This document shows positions 1 to 12,990 of a DNA stretch of 64,000 nucleotides, piece by piece. Positions within the stretch are counted from its first letter, which is position 1, and every line of letters begins with the position of its first letter. This stretch comes from Octopus sinensis. Its lineage: Eukaryota. The stretch is taken from positions 39,556,001 to 39,620,000 of the forward strand of contig NC_043004.1 of the NCBI RefSeq assembly GCF_006345805.1, in the 5' to 3' direction. Position numbers and translations under genes: made by a program. Below the pieces are notes generated by a model, which did not search any database, had not been told where the DNA came from, and saw only the letters and a program-made list of their open reading frames with translations.

Positions 1-716
1 TAGCACATAAGCTGCTGAACAGAGATACCCTCGTCATCACGCAGTCTGTCAACTTTCCCCTACATTTGACGCTATACGCACAAATTGTTGCTTCTCACTC
101 GAAATTCTGTACGCATGCATCTGTGTGCATGTAAATATGTAGATAGATAATCACTGCTCTGTCCTTCACAAATGATTGCCGTCTCCTTGCGCTTTCTCTT
201 TGTCAATGGCATTTCTGACTTTCCATCCATGACACCTCAGATGACTATTCAGTATTGCTGCTTTGTAATTGTATGCTTTCAACTGGTTAGGTTTACACAC
301 GTCACCAATCTTCCATCGTCATTGAACTTTCAGTAGAGGCAATGACACGTGATAAATGATGTTACCAGAAAGAGATATTTGTACGCCATTGATTTATAGT
401 GATAAACGGGTATACAACACGGGTATCACTCTCTGAGTCTCCGTGATTAGTACCTAGTGACAGGCCGAAACAAGAGGAAACAGGAAACCGCAGGTTTCAC
501 ATCGGAGTGTCTCTCTCTAAGAGGAATGTTGTGGCAACAGCTAGAGGGTTCCTTACTTTCGGTGGTTTTATTTATATGCTAATTAACCCATAGCTGGGAC
601 ACTTTCAGGTGTTACTGTTCCGTGTCAGAATAGTTCTGGGAGCCAAAGGGGCTAAGAGATGATTATACACCTCTTAGGAAACATTTATTTCACGCTGACT
701 TTAGGAATACACTGAC

Positions 717-1050
717 TTGAGGGAACATTTGTTCACGCTGAGAGTTGCTGAAGCATGGAACAAACTGCCGGCATCAGTTGTTTGTTGTCGGAGCACCGCA
801 TCCTTCAAAACTTCCATGCTTTCTGAGATTCACCAACACTATACCTGATTTAAATGCTTTCTGAGATTCGCAAACACTACACCTGATTTTCTCCCCTCCA
901 TACACACACAAGCATGTATCTGACTCATACATTGTTCGCTTTCCAGACATTTGTACATTACTGCATATACTCTATATGCACTTTCTGACAAGTTGTGGTG
1001 CACCTGAGCACTGTATACAATAATTTCATTATTATCATTATTATTATTTT
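717..1050 (+). mobile_element. 3' end of CR1/L2-like LINE (ORF2 C-terminus, 3' UTR, (ATT)n tail)
   Basis: 717-848 translates LREHLFTLRVAEAWNKLPASVVCCRSTASFKTSMLSEIHQHYT*, matching the F..RV...WN.LP..VV...S...FK motif at the end of CR1-clade ORF2; ends in an ATT-rich tail; local ~36-bp duplication at 816-889. Confidence 0.75.
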
Positions 1051-1115
1051 ACACTCCTCACAACCCTGGAATCCTATGATACAGTTTAAAAGTCATACCC
1101 AGAATATACACACGC

Positions 1116-1158
<43 letters not shown>

Positions 1159-1431
1159 CGCATACACACGCATTTACTCGATACGGAGGTGCAGTCTAAA
1201 TTATCTTATTAGATAGAAATACAAAATCACAGTGACAACAAATTTTGCCCCCAAATACTTCGACGAGTCGAAGTATCATTATACGCGGAATTTCGAGGTT
1301 ACAGTAACTCTAACGCCTTGAATTTTTAGACGAAATTATTGACTCCAGTACTTATTTTTGCTTTAAGGCTAGTACTTATTTTATCGCTCTCTTTTGCCGA
1401 ACCGCTAAGTTACGGAGATGTGTGAATATGA

Positions 1432-1460
<29 letters not shown>

Positions 1461-1465
<5 letters not shown>

Positions 1466-1776
1466 TCTACTGAAGGCACAAGGCTTATCATTTGGGGTAA
1501 GGGACTAGTCGATTACATCGACCCCAGTGTTTAACTGGTACTTAATTCATCAAATAATAATAATAATGGTTTCAAATTTTGCCTCATGGGCAGTTATTTT
1601 GGGGGAAGGGATGAGTCAATTACATTGACCCTAGTGTTTTACTGGTACTTAATTTATCGACCCCAACAGAAAGAAGGGTAAAGTCGACCTCGGCGGAATT
1701 TGAACTCAGAACGTAGTGACGGGCGAAAAGCCGCTAAACATTTTGCCCGGCGCGGTAACGATTCTGCCAGCTCACC
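1461..1776 (-). mobile_element. tRNA-derived SINE family B (Meta-domain-like): one 3' fragment plus one near-complete copy
   Basis: Minus strand reads gagctggcagaatcgtt...gttctgagttcaaattccgccgaggtcgacttt...ggggtcgataaattaagtaccag; B-box-like GAGTTCAAATTCC; flanked by (AAT)n. Confidence 0.8.
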
Positions 1777-1906
1777 AAATAATAATAATAATAATAATAA
1801 TAATAATTCACTGCCCTAGCTGTCAGGAAGGTACTCAGCAAGAAATGGAAACATAATTGAAAGATACTAATGAAAATAATAACAGTGGCAGTAGTAGTAG
1901 AAGCTG

Positions 1907-1941
<35 letters not shown>

Positions 1942-2446
1942 TAGTAGTAGTAGAATCTGAAACAGCTCAGCACAAATACCTTCACATACACACATCGCGA
2001 TAGACAAGCAATAATTAAATGAGTGATACACACCCACCTAAAGTACACGCAAGCGTATGAGATAATTAAACATCTTCAGTTAAGTATACATACACGCATT
2101 CAGCACTTTTAAGCAATCGCAGACAATCAGCATCTGGAACCGACTTGTCAAACAGTACTCTCCCCGCCGCACACTCACACACCTCTGCCCACCCATTTAA
2201 TGACATGGGAAGTGTGAAGTGTAGTAACAATAAACACGATTCCGGTCGTCCACGTCACCATTGGGAATGTACAGTCAAGTACTCTTCCCTACCTCGCAGG
2301 TCATCCTACATCTCTTCATACACACGCAACCACAGGCCTGTTGATATACTTGTATATATACATGCATGCATATGTGTATATATATATGTATGTATATATT
2401 AAATGAAAGAATGGAGTTGAACGACGATTTAACAAAATTCCTTTAT

Positions 2447-2527
2447 TCTCGACATATGTTTCGAAGGCTGCATATTCCTAATTTCGAAGGAATAAGGGGT
2501 GCATTATGCTGCCTTCTCATCAGGAGA
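2447..2527 (-). ncRNA. Type I hammerhead ribozyme motif (mirror copy in left arm)
   Basis: Exact reverse complement of 2683-2763. Confidence 0.85.
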
Positions 2528-2682
2528 GACAAGGAACTTATGTCAGCATCAAGATGAACAAAAACTCTTAGATGACTGCCCACTCGGAGTCCATTATGGA
2601 CTCCGAGTGGGCTGTCTGGACTCCGAGTGGGCAGCCATCTAAGAGTTTTTGTTCATCTTGATGCTGACATAAGTTCCTTGTC

Positions 2683-2763
2683 TCTCCTGATGAGAAGGCA
2701 GCATAATGCACCCCTTATTCCTTCGAAATTAGGAATATGCAGCCTTCGAAACATATGTCGAGA
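2683..2763 (+). ncRNA. Type I hammerhead ribozyme motif (canonical core)
   Basis: tctc | ctgatga | gaaggc...gccttc (stem II) | gaaa | catatg (palindromic stem III) | tc | gaga; all core nucleotides intact; predicted cleavage after GUC at 2759. Confidence 0.85.
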
Positions 2764-3040
2764 ATAAAGGAATTTTGTTAAATCGTCGTTCAACTCCATT
2801 CTTTCATTTATTTGTATTAAAAAAACACAAATTTCCACACGAAAGCACGTGATCTCTGCCCTTGGCATGTAGCTTCAACCGTATTTTTCTGACGTGAATT
2901 TGCTACCCAGGTATCGGTTAACCGAATTATCCATACTAGGATAATTCATTCAACTACTTAAATATGCATGTGTGTATATATATATATATTATATATATAT
3001 ATATATATATATGATTAACAAGGATATACAGGTGTAAATT

Positions 3041-3124
3041 CAGTACAGCCGTTTCAAGCGATTCCTTTAATTGATTAATAAAAACATTACATTATTGAAA
3101 GAAGCCGTTTTCGTCAGATGACTG
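3041..3124 (-). ncRNA. Degenerate hammerhead-like motif in a short TA-flanked element (~3015-3425)
   Basis: Minus strand: ctgacga | aaacgg...cgctt (imperfect long stem II) | gaaa | cggctg | ta; stem I poorly paired. Confidence 0.4.
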
Positions 3125-3477
3125 CATAGAATTCTAACACAAGGGGAAAATCATTTATATTTTATTCACCTATCCTGGATTCTGCACTTCGGAAATATTA
3201 TAGAAAGTATTTTTGTATTTTTATACAAAGTGCATGTCTGAACAACCAAGAACAGAACTCTTCACTAAGTTGGGTCGTGTTATCTGCCCACACAGCCAGA
3301 ATATCAAGTGCAAGCACGTCTGCACAGAGTTTGATATTCATCTGATATTGTTTGGGTATGCAAATTAGATCGCCCAAACAAGGTGCCTAAATTTAAGTAC
3401 CTAATTCAAATGAATCTTAATAAATATATATATATATATATATATACAGACATATATATAGTGTGTGTTTGTGTATT

Positions 3478-3853
3478 ACTTGTTTTGGTCATGAAACTGC
3501 GCCCATGCTAGGGTACCGCTCTGTTGAATTTTTAATCGAAATTATCGACCTCCAGTACTTATTCTATCAGTCTCTTTTACCGAGAGATGGAAACACACAA
3601 ACACCGGTTGTCAAGCGGAGGGTGGGGGTAAATACATGCACGGTTACACAAACACACACACACACACACACACACATATCTATATACGACGGGTTTCTTT
3701 CACTTTTTGTTTACCAAATCCACTCACAAGCCTCTGGTTGGCCCGAGGCTATAGTAGAAGACATTTGTGCAAAGTGCCACGCAGTGGGAATGGGACTGAA
3801 TCCAGAACCAGTGTCGTTGGGAAGCGAGTTTCTTATCACTTTGCACGCCTGCA

Positions 3854-3855
<2 letters not shown>
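3478..3855 (-). mobile_element. tRNA-derived SINE family A (CORE-like), diverged
   Basis: Homologous to the full copy at 13982-14382 (ccaaatccactcacaag, gaggctatagtagaagac, internal CA repeat). Confidence 0.8.
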
Positions 3856-3892
<37 letters not shown>

Positions 3893-4135
3893 CAGTTTGT
3901 ATTTTTTTACATATACATACATATATATATATATATGCATATACATACGTATATATTATAGATATAGATATAATACGAATAAACATTACCTAAATATAGA
4001 AACTGTTTCTTCGTGCAACGTCTGGCAAACCGCTCAATGAGTTAACAGAACATTACCATTTCAAGGACACCGTGACAAGCGAAAGGAAGGGAAGGGTGAG
4101 ATGTTATGTGTATTGTATATGTGCTTGTGTATTTC

Positions 4136-4208
<73 letters not shown>

Positions 4209-6077
4209 AATTCAAATAAATGAGTAAAAAAAACAATAATAAAACTATAAAAAAAAACGAATGTGAGGATTAGCAGAATTGTCAGAGCGTCTCACAGAAT
4301 GGTTGGTGGTATTTTTTCCAACTTTTTGCTTTCTGAGTTTCTATCTCACAGTGGTCAACCTTGCTTTTCATCCTTACAGAGTCGATTAAAAATTTACCTA
4401 ATCAAAAGCCGTGATTGATGAAGCCCTAAATGCGTAGGATTGCGAGTATTTGTTTGTTCAGTGTTCAAATCCCACTATAGCCTACTTGGATGATACTCTT
4501 AACTCGCAGTTCGTTTTAAAACTATCACCTAACACTTTAGGTGCCTTTAAAGAAGCTCACTCTGGAGCAAACATTCGCGCTAGATTTTCGGTTTAAAGAT
4601 ATCTTTGAACTTCTTTTTCACTTGTCAATGAGGCCCTGTAATGGGTTATGTGTACAGCCCTCCTAACATGCTGAAAGATAAAGAAGAAATTAGTTAAAGC
4701 TAAGTTGACAGTTTTTTTGAGTTTCGTGTTTGTGGTGAAGACATAGGGCAGTGCCTCTCGTGGGATACGATACGAGAACTCTTTTGTTGATAGAAAGGCG
4801 TCCTAACGACTCTGTTTTATGGCGAATCTCTGAACACAATAGGACTATAAATAAGAATGCAAAATGATCAAAGCAGGAACACAGCAGGAAATGAAGGGGA
4901 ATGTTACAGAATAACAGAAATAGAACAAGGGCATATATTTTAACTTTGTCTACTCTGTGTATATGTCTGTATCGGCAGACGTGTGTGCGAGGAGTTGTTT
5001 GTGTGGGTGACGATGTGAAAGAAATTTATAATGAACTAGAATGCGAGAGAAAGAGAGATTGCGAAATGATAGGAAGGAAAGAGCCAAGAAGTTGAGGATT
5101 ATAGAAATGGTAGAGAAGGAGGGAGAAAGTGAAGAAGCGCGTCAGAGAGAAAGAGAGAGATTAAAAGATCCACCGGAAGACGAGCTAGAGATGAAGGGAA
5201 TAGTAAGAAGTAAAAAGATGAGATTTCGAGATTAGATGATCAGTGAATGAGGGCTTGAAAATTATTCGAAGAAGAATACAAATGATGTGGGTGTGTGAGG
5301 AAAGAACAAAGATAAGAACAAGAATAAAATATTAAATTCTAGAAGTTCCCTCCCTTACAACTTTTGAAAGCAAAGTTCATTATCGCTTAGACCATTTCTT
5401 CTCATTAGTTAATATTTCAATTTATTAAGAATTTGAAGAAGATTGGAAGCTTAGTAAGAAGCATTGTATCAATGAAATTTTAATAGACTTCTAAACCAAC
5501 GAAAGTACGTCAAAGTACGATTGAACTTTTCCTACTGTTATATTTTCGGCGTTAAAAAGAAATTCTTTTCATAAATAAAGGCTGTACAGCAATTTTATTG
5601 TCTCTTTTGTAGCCCAAAGTCCAAGAGTAATATTTAATGTTAGTAATAGAAGCAACATGTTAAACTTTTCCACCAATCAAACGAGTTGGCCTACTCCAGT
5701 GCTCTTTACCCGCTAGATATTATACTTTAATAGCTTTGTTTTTAAATCTGTTCTGTTTTTAAAGATGATAAGAATAATCATTTGAATAAACTTAAATTTA
5801 GCTCAGAGCATTAACTATGGTATCCTGCACTTAACTTTAACAATAATAGATTGAAACGGAAAGAAAAAAGAATTTATATAAAAAAAAAAAAATGAATGAA
5901 TGAGTGGGTGAATAATTCACATTTCAGAGTCAGACTGAACGACATAATTAAAATTATATGTGTAACACAATTCGTCATGTTGCTTCAAAGATTCTTTGTT
6001 AATAATATTAATAATAATAATAATAATAATAATAACAATTATAATAATAACAACAACAACAATAATAATAATAATAA

Positions 6078-6614
6078 ATGCCCTGATGCAGTACCAAGCA
6101 GTGGCTCTCGTGGATTCTGATCTTAACTGATTGGAAGTGTTATCATGCACATTGTTTTGTCTTGGTATAAAAGATGGGCTACAGCAAATATTCTGCTCAA
6201 TACCACAGATTTGCTTGTCAGTTGTTTCACCTTAACCAGTTGAGCATGTTCCTTAGTGGCTGACAACATGATCACGAGCAGAAGTAGTGGGGGAGCATCA
6301 TAGCCATGTGTTGAGAGGGATTCTTAGAGGTTTGGATAATTCACCTTTGGAAACATGGGTGGTATCCTTAAACAACCCTTCTTCAGGGACCTTTTGAGCA
6401 GGATGGGCTACTCGACCTGAAGAAAATTCTAACTGGGCCCCAATTGCAAGGTCATGTGCTGTTTATCTTGATATGAGATCACCATGTCGCGCACATTTGG
6501 TTGTGATGCATATGCCTAGTGTACCCTTATCAGACGGGTAGTCATGATGGGTGTACTGGGCTTCGTATATTTTACCCCAGTATCACTTTGATGGCATGCA
6601 CTGCTCTCTCACTC
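6078..6614 (+). mobile_element. Non-coding ~540-bp retroelement inserted in (TAA)n; possibly R4/Dong-associated
   Basis: Flanked by (AAT)n on the left and aataat on the right; its 3' half recurs at 42610-42868 (minus) and a middle fragment at ~16415-16530 (minus). Confidence 0.65.
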
Positions 6615-6618
6615 AATA

Positions 6619-7033
6619 ATCCTTTCTACTAAAGGCACAAAGCCTAAAATTTTGAGGGAGGGGACTAGTCGATTACATCGATTACATTAATTTATCGACC
6701 CCCAAAGGATCAAAAGCAAAGTCGATACCCGTGGAATTTGAACTCAGAACGTAAAGACGAACAAAATGCCGTTAAGCATTTTGCTCGGTGTGTTAACGAT
6801 TCTGCCAGCTCACCGCCTTAATAATAATTTTTTTTTCATTTGAAGGCACAAGGCCTGAAATTTGATAGGAGGGGACTAGTCGATTACAACCCCTCCAGTG
6901 TTTCACTGGTACTTTGTTTACCAACCCCGAAAGGATGAAAAGCAAAGACAACCTCGGCGGAATTTGAACTCAGAACATAAAGACGGACGAAATGTTGCTA
7001 AGCATTTTGCCCGGCGTGTTAACGATTCTGCCA
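6619..7033 (-). mobile_element. Two adjacent SINE family B copies
   Basis: Each has aaaggcacaa..ctagtcgattaca..ggaatttgaactcagaac..ttaacgattctgcca. Confidence 0.8.
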
Positions 7034-7381
7034 TAATAATGTGAAGAAGCGACTGTTTGACATTCATAATGTTTTAAGATGCTTAATCTCCGTACATGAA
7101 ATTTTGTGACTTCAACAGGAATGCTACGGCAGTCATATAAACAAGGAGTCTATGTGATCGCCCATCTGCTAGAAATAACAACCAAATTTCATTTAATGGC
7201 ATCTTACTGTCTCAAATAAGAAAATAGAGATACGTTCCATGACGTAGATTTACACTTTTGTATAATGGCGTGATGGTTATGGTTGGAATTCCTTTAATAA
7301 CAGCTCAGCTCGCGAAGGGCTGATATAGGACTAAACAAGCTAGCAAAAATTGATAATGGAGAGAATACAAATTATCTAGAT

Positions 7382-7648
7382 GAGTGTTTCTCAACCTTTC
7401 TTTTACCTATTTTACCCTGTTACCTTCGATTCCTGTTTTTCTCGGGGAACCTCATAGTCTTTCAATGTTTGAAATAAAAAAAAAGACCTATAGTATTAAA
7501 CTGCATAAAAAGAACTGTATAAAAAAATAGTTAAAATATGTTCTGAATTGTAGAAACGAACCCAATTTATAATAGATAAATTTCAACAAAACCTTGTGTC
7601 CCCCACCCCGCCACAAGGGACATATGGACCCCGGTTGGGAAACCACTC
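7382..7648. mobile_element. hAT/Charlie-like MITE
   Basis: Ends gagtgtttctcaacc / ggttgggaaaccactc; flanks atctagat / gtcttgac resemble the NTCTAGAN 8-bp target of Charlie elements. Confidence 0.55.
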
Positions 7649-9518
7649 GTCTTGACTGTTACACCATGCGATTAACCATCGCATGATGGAATACGCAGTG
7701 TGATGGTCATCAAGGTGAAGAAACGGTATACTTAAAGCAACAGTTATGTGGATCGTGTCTTCTCGATTGGCGGACAACCTAAGTCCACTCGATTCACAGC
7801 TGAACTAGAGATACACAACAGTAACATCAATATGGTTGCTTTCTTACAAGTTTTTTTCATGTTTAAGGGAAGGGCGTGAGATTATGTGACATTCGTCACG
7901 TTCCCAAATGCATCGTTGATGTAATGAAAAAGAAATAATGAGTTACAAGCAGATGTTGAAAATGTGTGACCAGTTCGGCTCACTGAATGCTTGCGGTTTT
8001 CGTTTTTTTATAGATGGGTAGCTACTGATCAACAAAACTGTATATTTTAGATATGCACAAGATCGCTGGTATATTGCAATGGGGTGGGATAGAGGTAACA
8101 TTGTATGACATTCATTGATACGTTTTCTGGCTTCAGTCTTTCTGGCTTCAGAATGCGGCCGTGCTGAGGCACCGCGTTTCAGAGTATAGCCGATTACTTC
8201 GATCTCGGAACTATGAATAGCGAATTAGGTTTCAGATTAATTCGAACTGAAGACATTATGAGATGTAACCAAATACTAAATACTACTTTTCCCGGCGCCC
8301 TACTGATTCTTCCAATCTATCCAGCCATCGTTTATAATTTTTGAGGAAATACCGGCGACATAAGTGAAATAAAATTACTTTACACGCTGCAATCAAAATA
8401 CCGGATCGTGAAGTCGTCTGGCAAAGTTTTCTTTTCATCTGATGCCGCTAATTACACAAACAGTCATAAGCTTATTTTCCTTAGGCACGAGGCTAGAAGT
8501 TTAAAAAAGAGCGCAGTAGATTCTGGAAGATGTGTGGTAAACTTTGATGATGTTTCCATTCCTCCCTGTGAAGCATTGGTAACGTATGTGAAACCAGTTG
8601 GTTTTGATCCCGAATTGAACTCACTTCGCTAGTAAATATATCTGCCACGTTTAAGCATGTTGATGTGTTTTATAGTAATTTCAATTTTGTGGTTGCTTAA
8701 GCTAAGATCAGCTCTGATTGAGAAGACCTGTAGCCGAAGGTATTCCAGTCGCAACCTCTCCATCGTTTTTTTTTCATCTTTTGTAATTGCATACAGTGTA
8801 TTAAGGGCTATATTATCCAATGTGACATTTTTAAACACTGCAATGCGTGTAATTTAAAGGATATTCGGCAGTCATTTTTAGCAGGTAAATTGAACACGTA
8901 AAACGATTATGTTGTTTATTTCAAATATGTGTGATGTCGTGATGTCCATGCCTTTTCTTAGAGCATTAGAGTCGTAAACTGAGGTGTAACTATTTCAGCC
9001 GGAAGTTGAATCGCCAGTCACCTAAACGTACCGAGTACATGCCGCTTCTATAATGTTTGAAACATAAAACAATCACATTGATTTTCTTTTCTTTAAGGTG
9101 TTTATCCAATTATTTTAAGGGAAACAGGATACACGATCTGTATCTACTTCAGTCAAGTTAGTGCTCCCATACTTTACGCAAAAATACACACACACACACA
9201 TGCGCATTGTATATATATTAGCTAATGTATTAGTGTTTTAATCTGATCTTGGCAAGTGCGGGTGACACAACTATAGACCTGCTTTGCCCTCACTATACCT
9301 CATCAGCGAAGTGTAACCTCTGTACTTACTAGATTAGTGATAAGAGAATTTTCGATTTTACATTAATATGTAACAGTAGATACAAACAATTATCGTGATG
9401 TCTGGGTATATAGGACATGTTGTATTAGCGCCAGAGAATGAAAGGTAGATATTTGAACTCGGAACCCAGAAGTTATGATGTTGGCTAAATACTTAACCAA
9501 AACCACCACGATATTTTT

Positions 9519-9944
9519 GGATCTTTTCAGTTTGAACAGCAGTTTTTCTAGCGGTGTCATATGAAATTGTCACCCATAATTATGACCCTAGAACCGATCT
9601 ATTGCATTTCAATCTGTTTTTGGGTTAGGGTTAGTTAGGGCTAGGGGTTGGGGGAAGGGTATCTTTTTTTCTTCACAAATGTAAATAAACCCTATCTGTT
9701 TCTTAAACGAGGGACATAGTCATACGGCACAGAATGATTTTTACCTCAATAGACGTAATTGATTGGTTGAAATTGCAGAAATTGAAGGAAAAAAACAACA
9801 AATATCTTACAAACTATAGAATTTTCTCAATAAAGCCAAGAGAAAAAGATGTTTTATAAACACATTCTACCAGTATACGAAGTTTAAAATTTTTTAGTTA
9901 CCTAGAAATTATGTTAAAAACTGCCATTCAAACCGAAAAGATGC
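9519..9944 (+). mobile_element. MITE with ~29-bp TIRs (GGATCTTTTCGGTTTGAACGGCAGTTTTT consensus)
   Basis: TIRs at both ends; possible 8-bp TSD atattttt; internal ttagggttag motifs; second copy inverted at 21377-21787. Confidence 0.85.
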
Positions 9945-10396
9945 ATATTTTTTTAGTTATATTAATTATTAAATAATGCAAAGAATTACAGAAGCTGGTT
10001 GATGAGGTGTTTATTCGTTTCTTATTTGGAATTCCAACAGGATGAGCTTTATTTCGTCATCCTTGCAAGGTCGATAACTCAATTATCATTTGGAATGGAA
10101 TAGATTACAACGTTTATAAAATTGGCTTCCTATCAATTTTCTACTTCGTCGTCGGTTTCAACCGCCTCTTCTTCATCTTTTTGTTGTTGTTGTTATTGTT
10201 GTGGCTATTGTTATCGTTAATGCTACCATCGTCTTTGTCATTGCCGTTATTATTATCATCATCAACATCATACTCTGTCGCGGCTTGTCTTTGAACGAAC
10301 AAGACATGAATGTCTCCCAATCTCATTCCCTTCAAGACTACAAGTGTCTCCGTGTGATTGTATCACACAAACATGCAGAGCAACAGCAGCAACAAC

Positions 10397-10449
10397 AGTA
10401 GTAGTAGTAACAGTAGTAGTAGTAGTAGTGTAGTAGTAGTAGTAGTAAC

Positions 10450-10501
<52 letters not shown>

Positions 10502-10671
10502 ACAGTAGTAGTAGTAGTAGTAACAGTAGTAGTAGTAGTAGTAGTAGCAGCAGTAGTAGTAGTAGTAGTAGTAGTAGTAACAGTAGTAGTAGTAGTAGTA
10601 GTAGTAGTAACAGTAGTAGTAGTAGTAGTAGTAGTAGCAGCAGTAGTAGTAGTAGTAGTAGTAGTAGTAAC

Positions 10672-10702
<31 letters not shown>

Positions 10703-10860
10703 ACAGTAGTAGTAGTAGTAGTAACAGTAGTAGTAGTAGTAGTAACAGTAGTAGTAGTAACAGTAGTGGTAGTAGTAGTAACAGCAGCAGTAGTAGTAGT
10801 AGTAGTAGTAACAGCAGCAGTAATAGTAGTAGTCGTAGTAGCAGTAGTAGTAGTAGTAGT
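10397..10860 (+). repeat. (GTA)n trinucleotide array with ACA/GCA interruptions
   Basis: ~460 bp of gtagtagta; source of the poly-L and poly-V ORFs. Confidence 0.97.
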
Positions 10861-11364
10861 CTAACTGATTTCACCGGCACCTCCGCTTCTCTTTTCTTTA
10901 TGCCTCCTTCCCCTCCTCCCCTGTCTAGTTTAACCTCCTTACCTCTTGTGTCTCGCTCTATCTCACCCACTTAGAGAACTTCTTATTTTACATCCTACTT
11001 TCACATTCCGTCATTATTTATCTTTCATTTTAAAACACTGCCTCCACCCCTCACCCACTCTCCTCACCAAAACGTTAGATTAGTTGTTGTTGTTGTTGCT
11101 GCACTTCTTCTTCTTCATGCTACACTAACTGAAAGACTGACTATCAAGACTGGCTGGCTGGCTGACAGACGGCTTGAATGGCTGGCTGGCTTGATAGGTA
11201 GATTAAATGTCTGCCAACAACTTTCGAACTATAAGCTATAAAAGCCTGCAACTTGATCCAATGTTGCCTTATGTGTGAAGTACTTTGGTTGGTCTTCTTT
11301 GCTATTATCTATAGAAACACGTGTATGTACTTATTAATACCGGCTTCCAAAGTACTCAGGTTAC

Positions 11365-11402
<38 letters not shown>

Positions 11403-11420
11403 ATATATGTATATATATAT

Positions 11421-11712
11421 TCTCTTTTACTCTTTTACTTGTTTCAGTCATTTGACTGTGGCCATGCTGGAGCACCACCTTTCAGTCGAGCAAATCAAGC
11501 CCTGGACTTATTCTTTGTAAGCCTAGTACTTATTCTACCGGTCTCTTTTGCTGAACCGCTAAGTTACGAGGACATAAACACATCAGCATCGGTTGCCAAG
11601 CGATGTTGGGGTAGGGGGGAACAAACACAGATACAAACGTATACACACAAACATATATATATATATACGACGGGCTTCTTTCAGTTTCCGTCTACCAAAT
11701 CCATTCACAAGG
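11421..11712 (-). mobile_element. SINE family A, 3' two-thirds
   Basis: cttgtttcagtcatttgactgtggccatgctggagcacc...gggcttctttcagtttccgtctaccaaatcc. Confidence 0.85.
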
Positions 11713-12237
11713 CACAAAGCACACACACGCACACACTCGAATTTACTCAACTTATCAAAATAGTCATCTAGTCACTAACACTAACTCTATCCAATTAACA
11801 GACTTACCTTTATCCATCCCCACATAGTCCTAACCAGGCAGAAGATAAAACGCTTTTGGTCCTTTATATGCCTACCGCCAAGCACAACAGGGACTGTCAC
11901 AAACGCATAAGAATTTACCTACACCTTCCTTTCAGATACCACATCATAGGACAGCATTACCCTTGGCTTACAGCCGTTCCACTCTCCTCTTCTTTGCCCC
12001 AAAATGTTATTTTGCAATGTTTCTCACACACCCACGACTGTGTCCCCCCTCCACACAAACACTCAGATATGTACACGTACATACATACATACATACATAC
12101 ATACATACAGACAGATAGACAGACAGACAGACAGACATATAGACAATGCCTAAATACCTACATTGAGAAACTAGAAAGGAGAAAGCTAATTCGAAGACTA
12201 CAGATCCAATCCATCACTGGAACTGTAAAAATCTGTA

Positions 12238-12452
12238 AAACTTTCCAGAAGTTTATCATTTAAATATATACGAGCATGTCTAGATATGTAACTATTTGCA
12301 TGAGAATGCATATATAAAACATACATATCTGCACATCTATCCATCCATACATGCATGCATATATACATACATACATATATACATACATACTTACGTACAC
12401 ATACATATCTCTCTCTCTATATATATGTATATATATACATACATACTTACAT

Positions 12453-12505
<53 letters not shown>

Positions 12506-12527
12506 TATAATACATACATACTTACAT

Positions 12528-12582
<55 letters not shown>

Positions 12583-12990
12583 TCATACATACATACATAC
12601 GTAAAAAAATACCGTTATTGATGTTGAAATTCCAATGAAGGAACCTTGGATCTGGACAGGAAACCAGTTTTTCCTCTATAGCTAGAAATCTTGAAATAAT
12701 TGAATAATGACATACATACATACATACATAAAACTTTTCACAAGTTTATCATTTAAGTATATATGAGGATGTCTAGATAAGTAAGTATATTCCCGAGAAA
12801 ACATACATAAAACAAAACATATATGTGTGCAGGCTTACATAAACACAGACAACATACATACTTACAAAAATACCATGTTGTTGTCGTTCAAACTCCAGAG
12901 GAAGGAGCCTTGGATCTAGGTTAGAAACCGACTCTTTCTCTATTGGCAAGGAATCTTGAAACAAAACTTAATAATGACATACGTACGTAC
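12238..12990 (+). repeat. Diverged tandem duplication of a unit containing a small repeat element and TACA microsatellite
   Basis: aagtttatcatttaa..atgtctagata at ~12249 and ~12741; aaaaatacc..ccttggatct..gaaacc..aatcttgaaa..ataatgacatac at ~12606 and ~12866. Confidence 0.7.

Larger units (their letters stand above)
2400..2810. mobile_element. Near-perfect ~410-bp palindromic non-coding element with a hammerhead in each arm (Penelope-like/retrozyme-like)
   Basis: 2400-2594 is the reverse complement of the right arm with one visible mismatch (2575); apex at 2595; 16-nt restart duplication (2597-2612 = 2617-2632); the same peptide appears on both strands in the ORF track. Confidence 0.85.

Noticed and set aside
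435-480. ..gtgatta..cct...aggccgaaac hammerhead-like remnant
   Set aside because: Core and stems too degenerate to support
2110-2340. Possible host exon (..KYSSLPRRSSY..)
   Set aside because: No recognisable domain or convincing splice pair; needs RNA-seq
2366-2868. Identical peptide encoded on both strands
   Set aside because: A by-product of the DNA palindrome, not a gene pair
10141-10401. Short ORFs on both strands beside the GTA array
   Set aside because: Low-complexity trinucleotide-derived sequence; no homology recognised
11801-11810. Consensus splice donor on the minus strand (aag|gtaagt)
   Set aside because: Isolated motif with no supportable exon
12625-12945. Hammerhead-like look of ..gaagga.ccttggatct.gg..agaaacc..
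   Set aside because: No CUGANGA core in either copy; folds better as a simple hairpin
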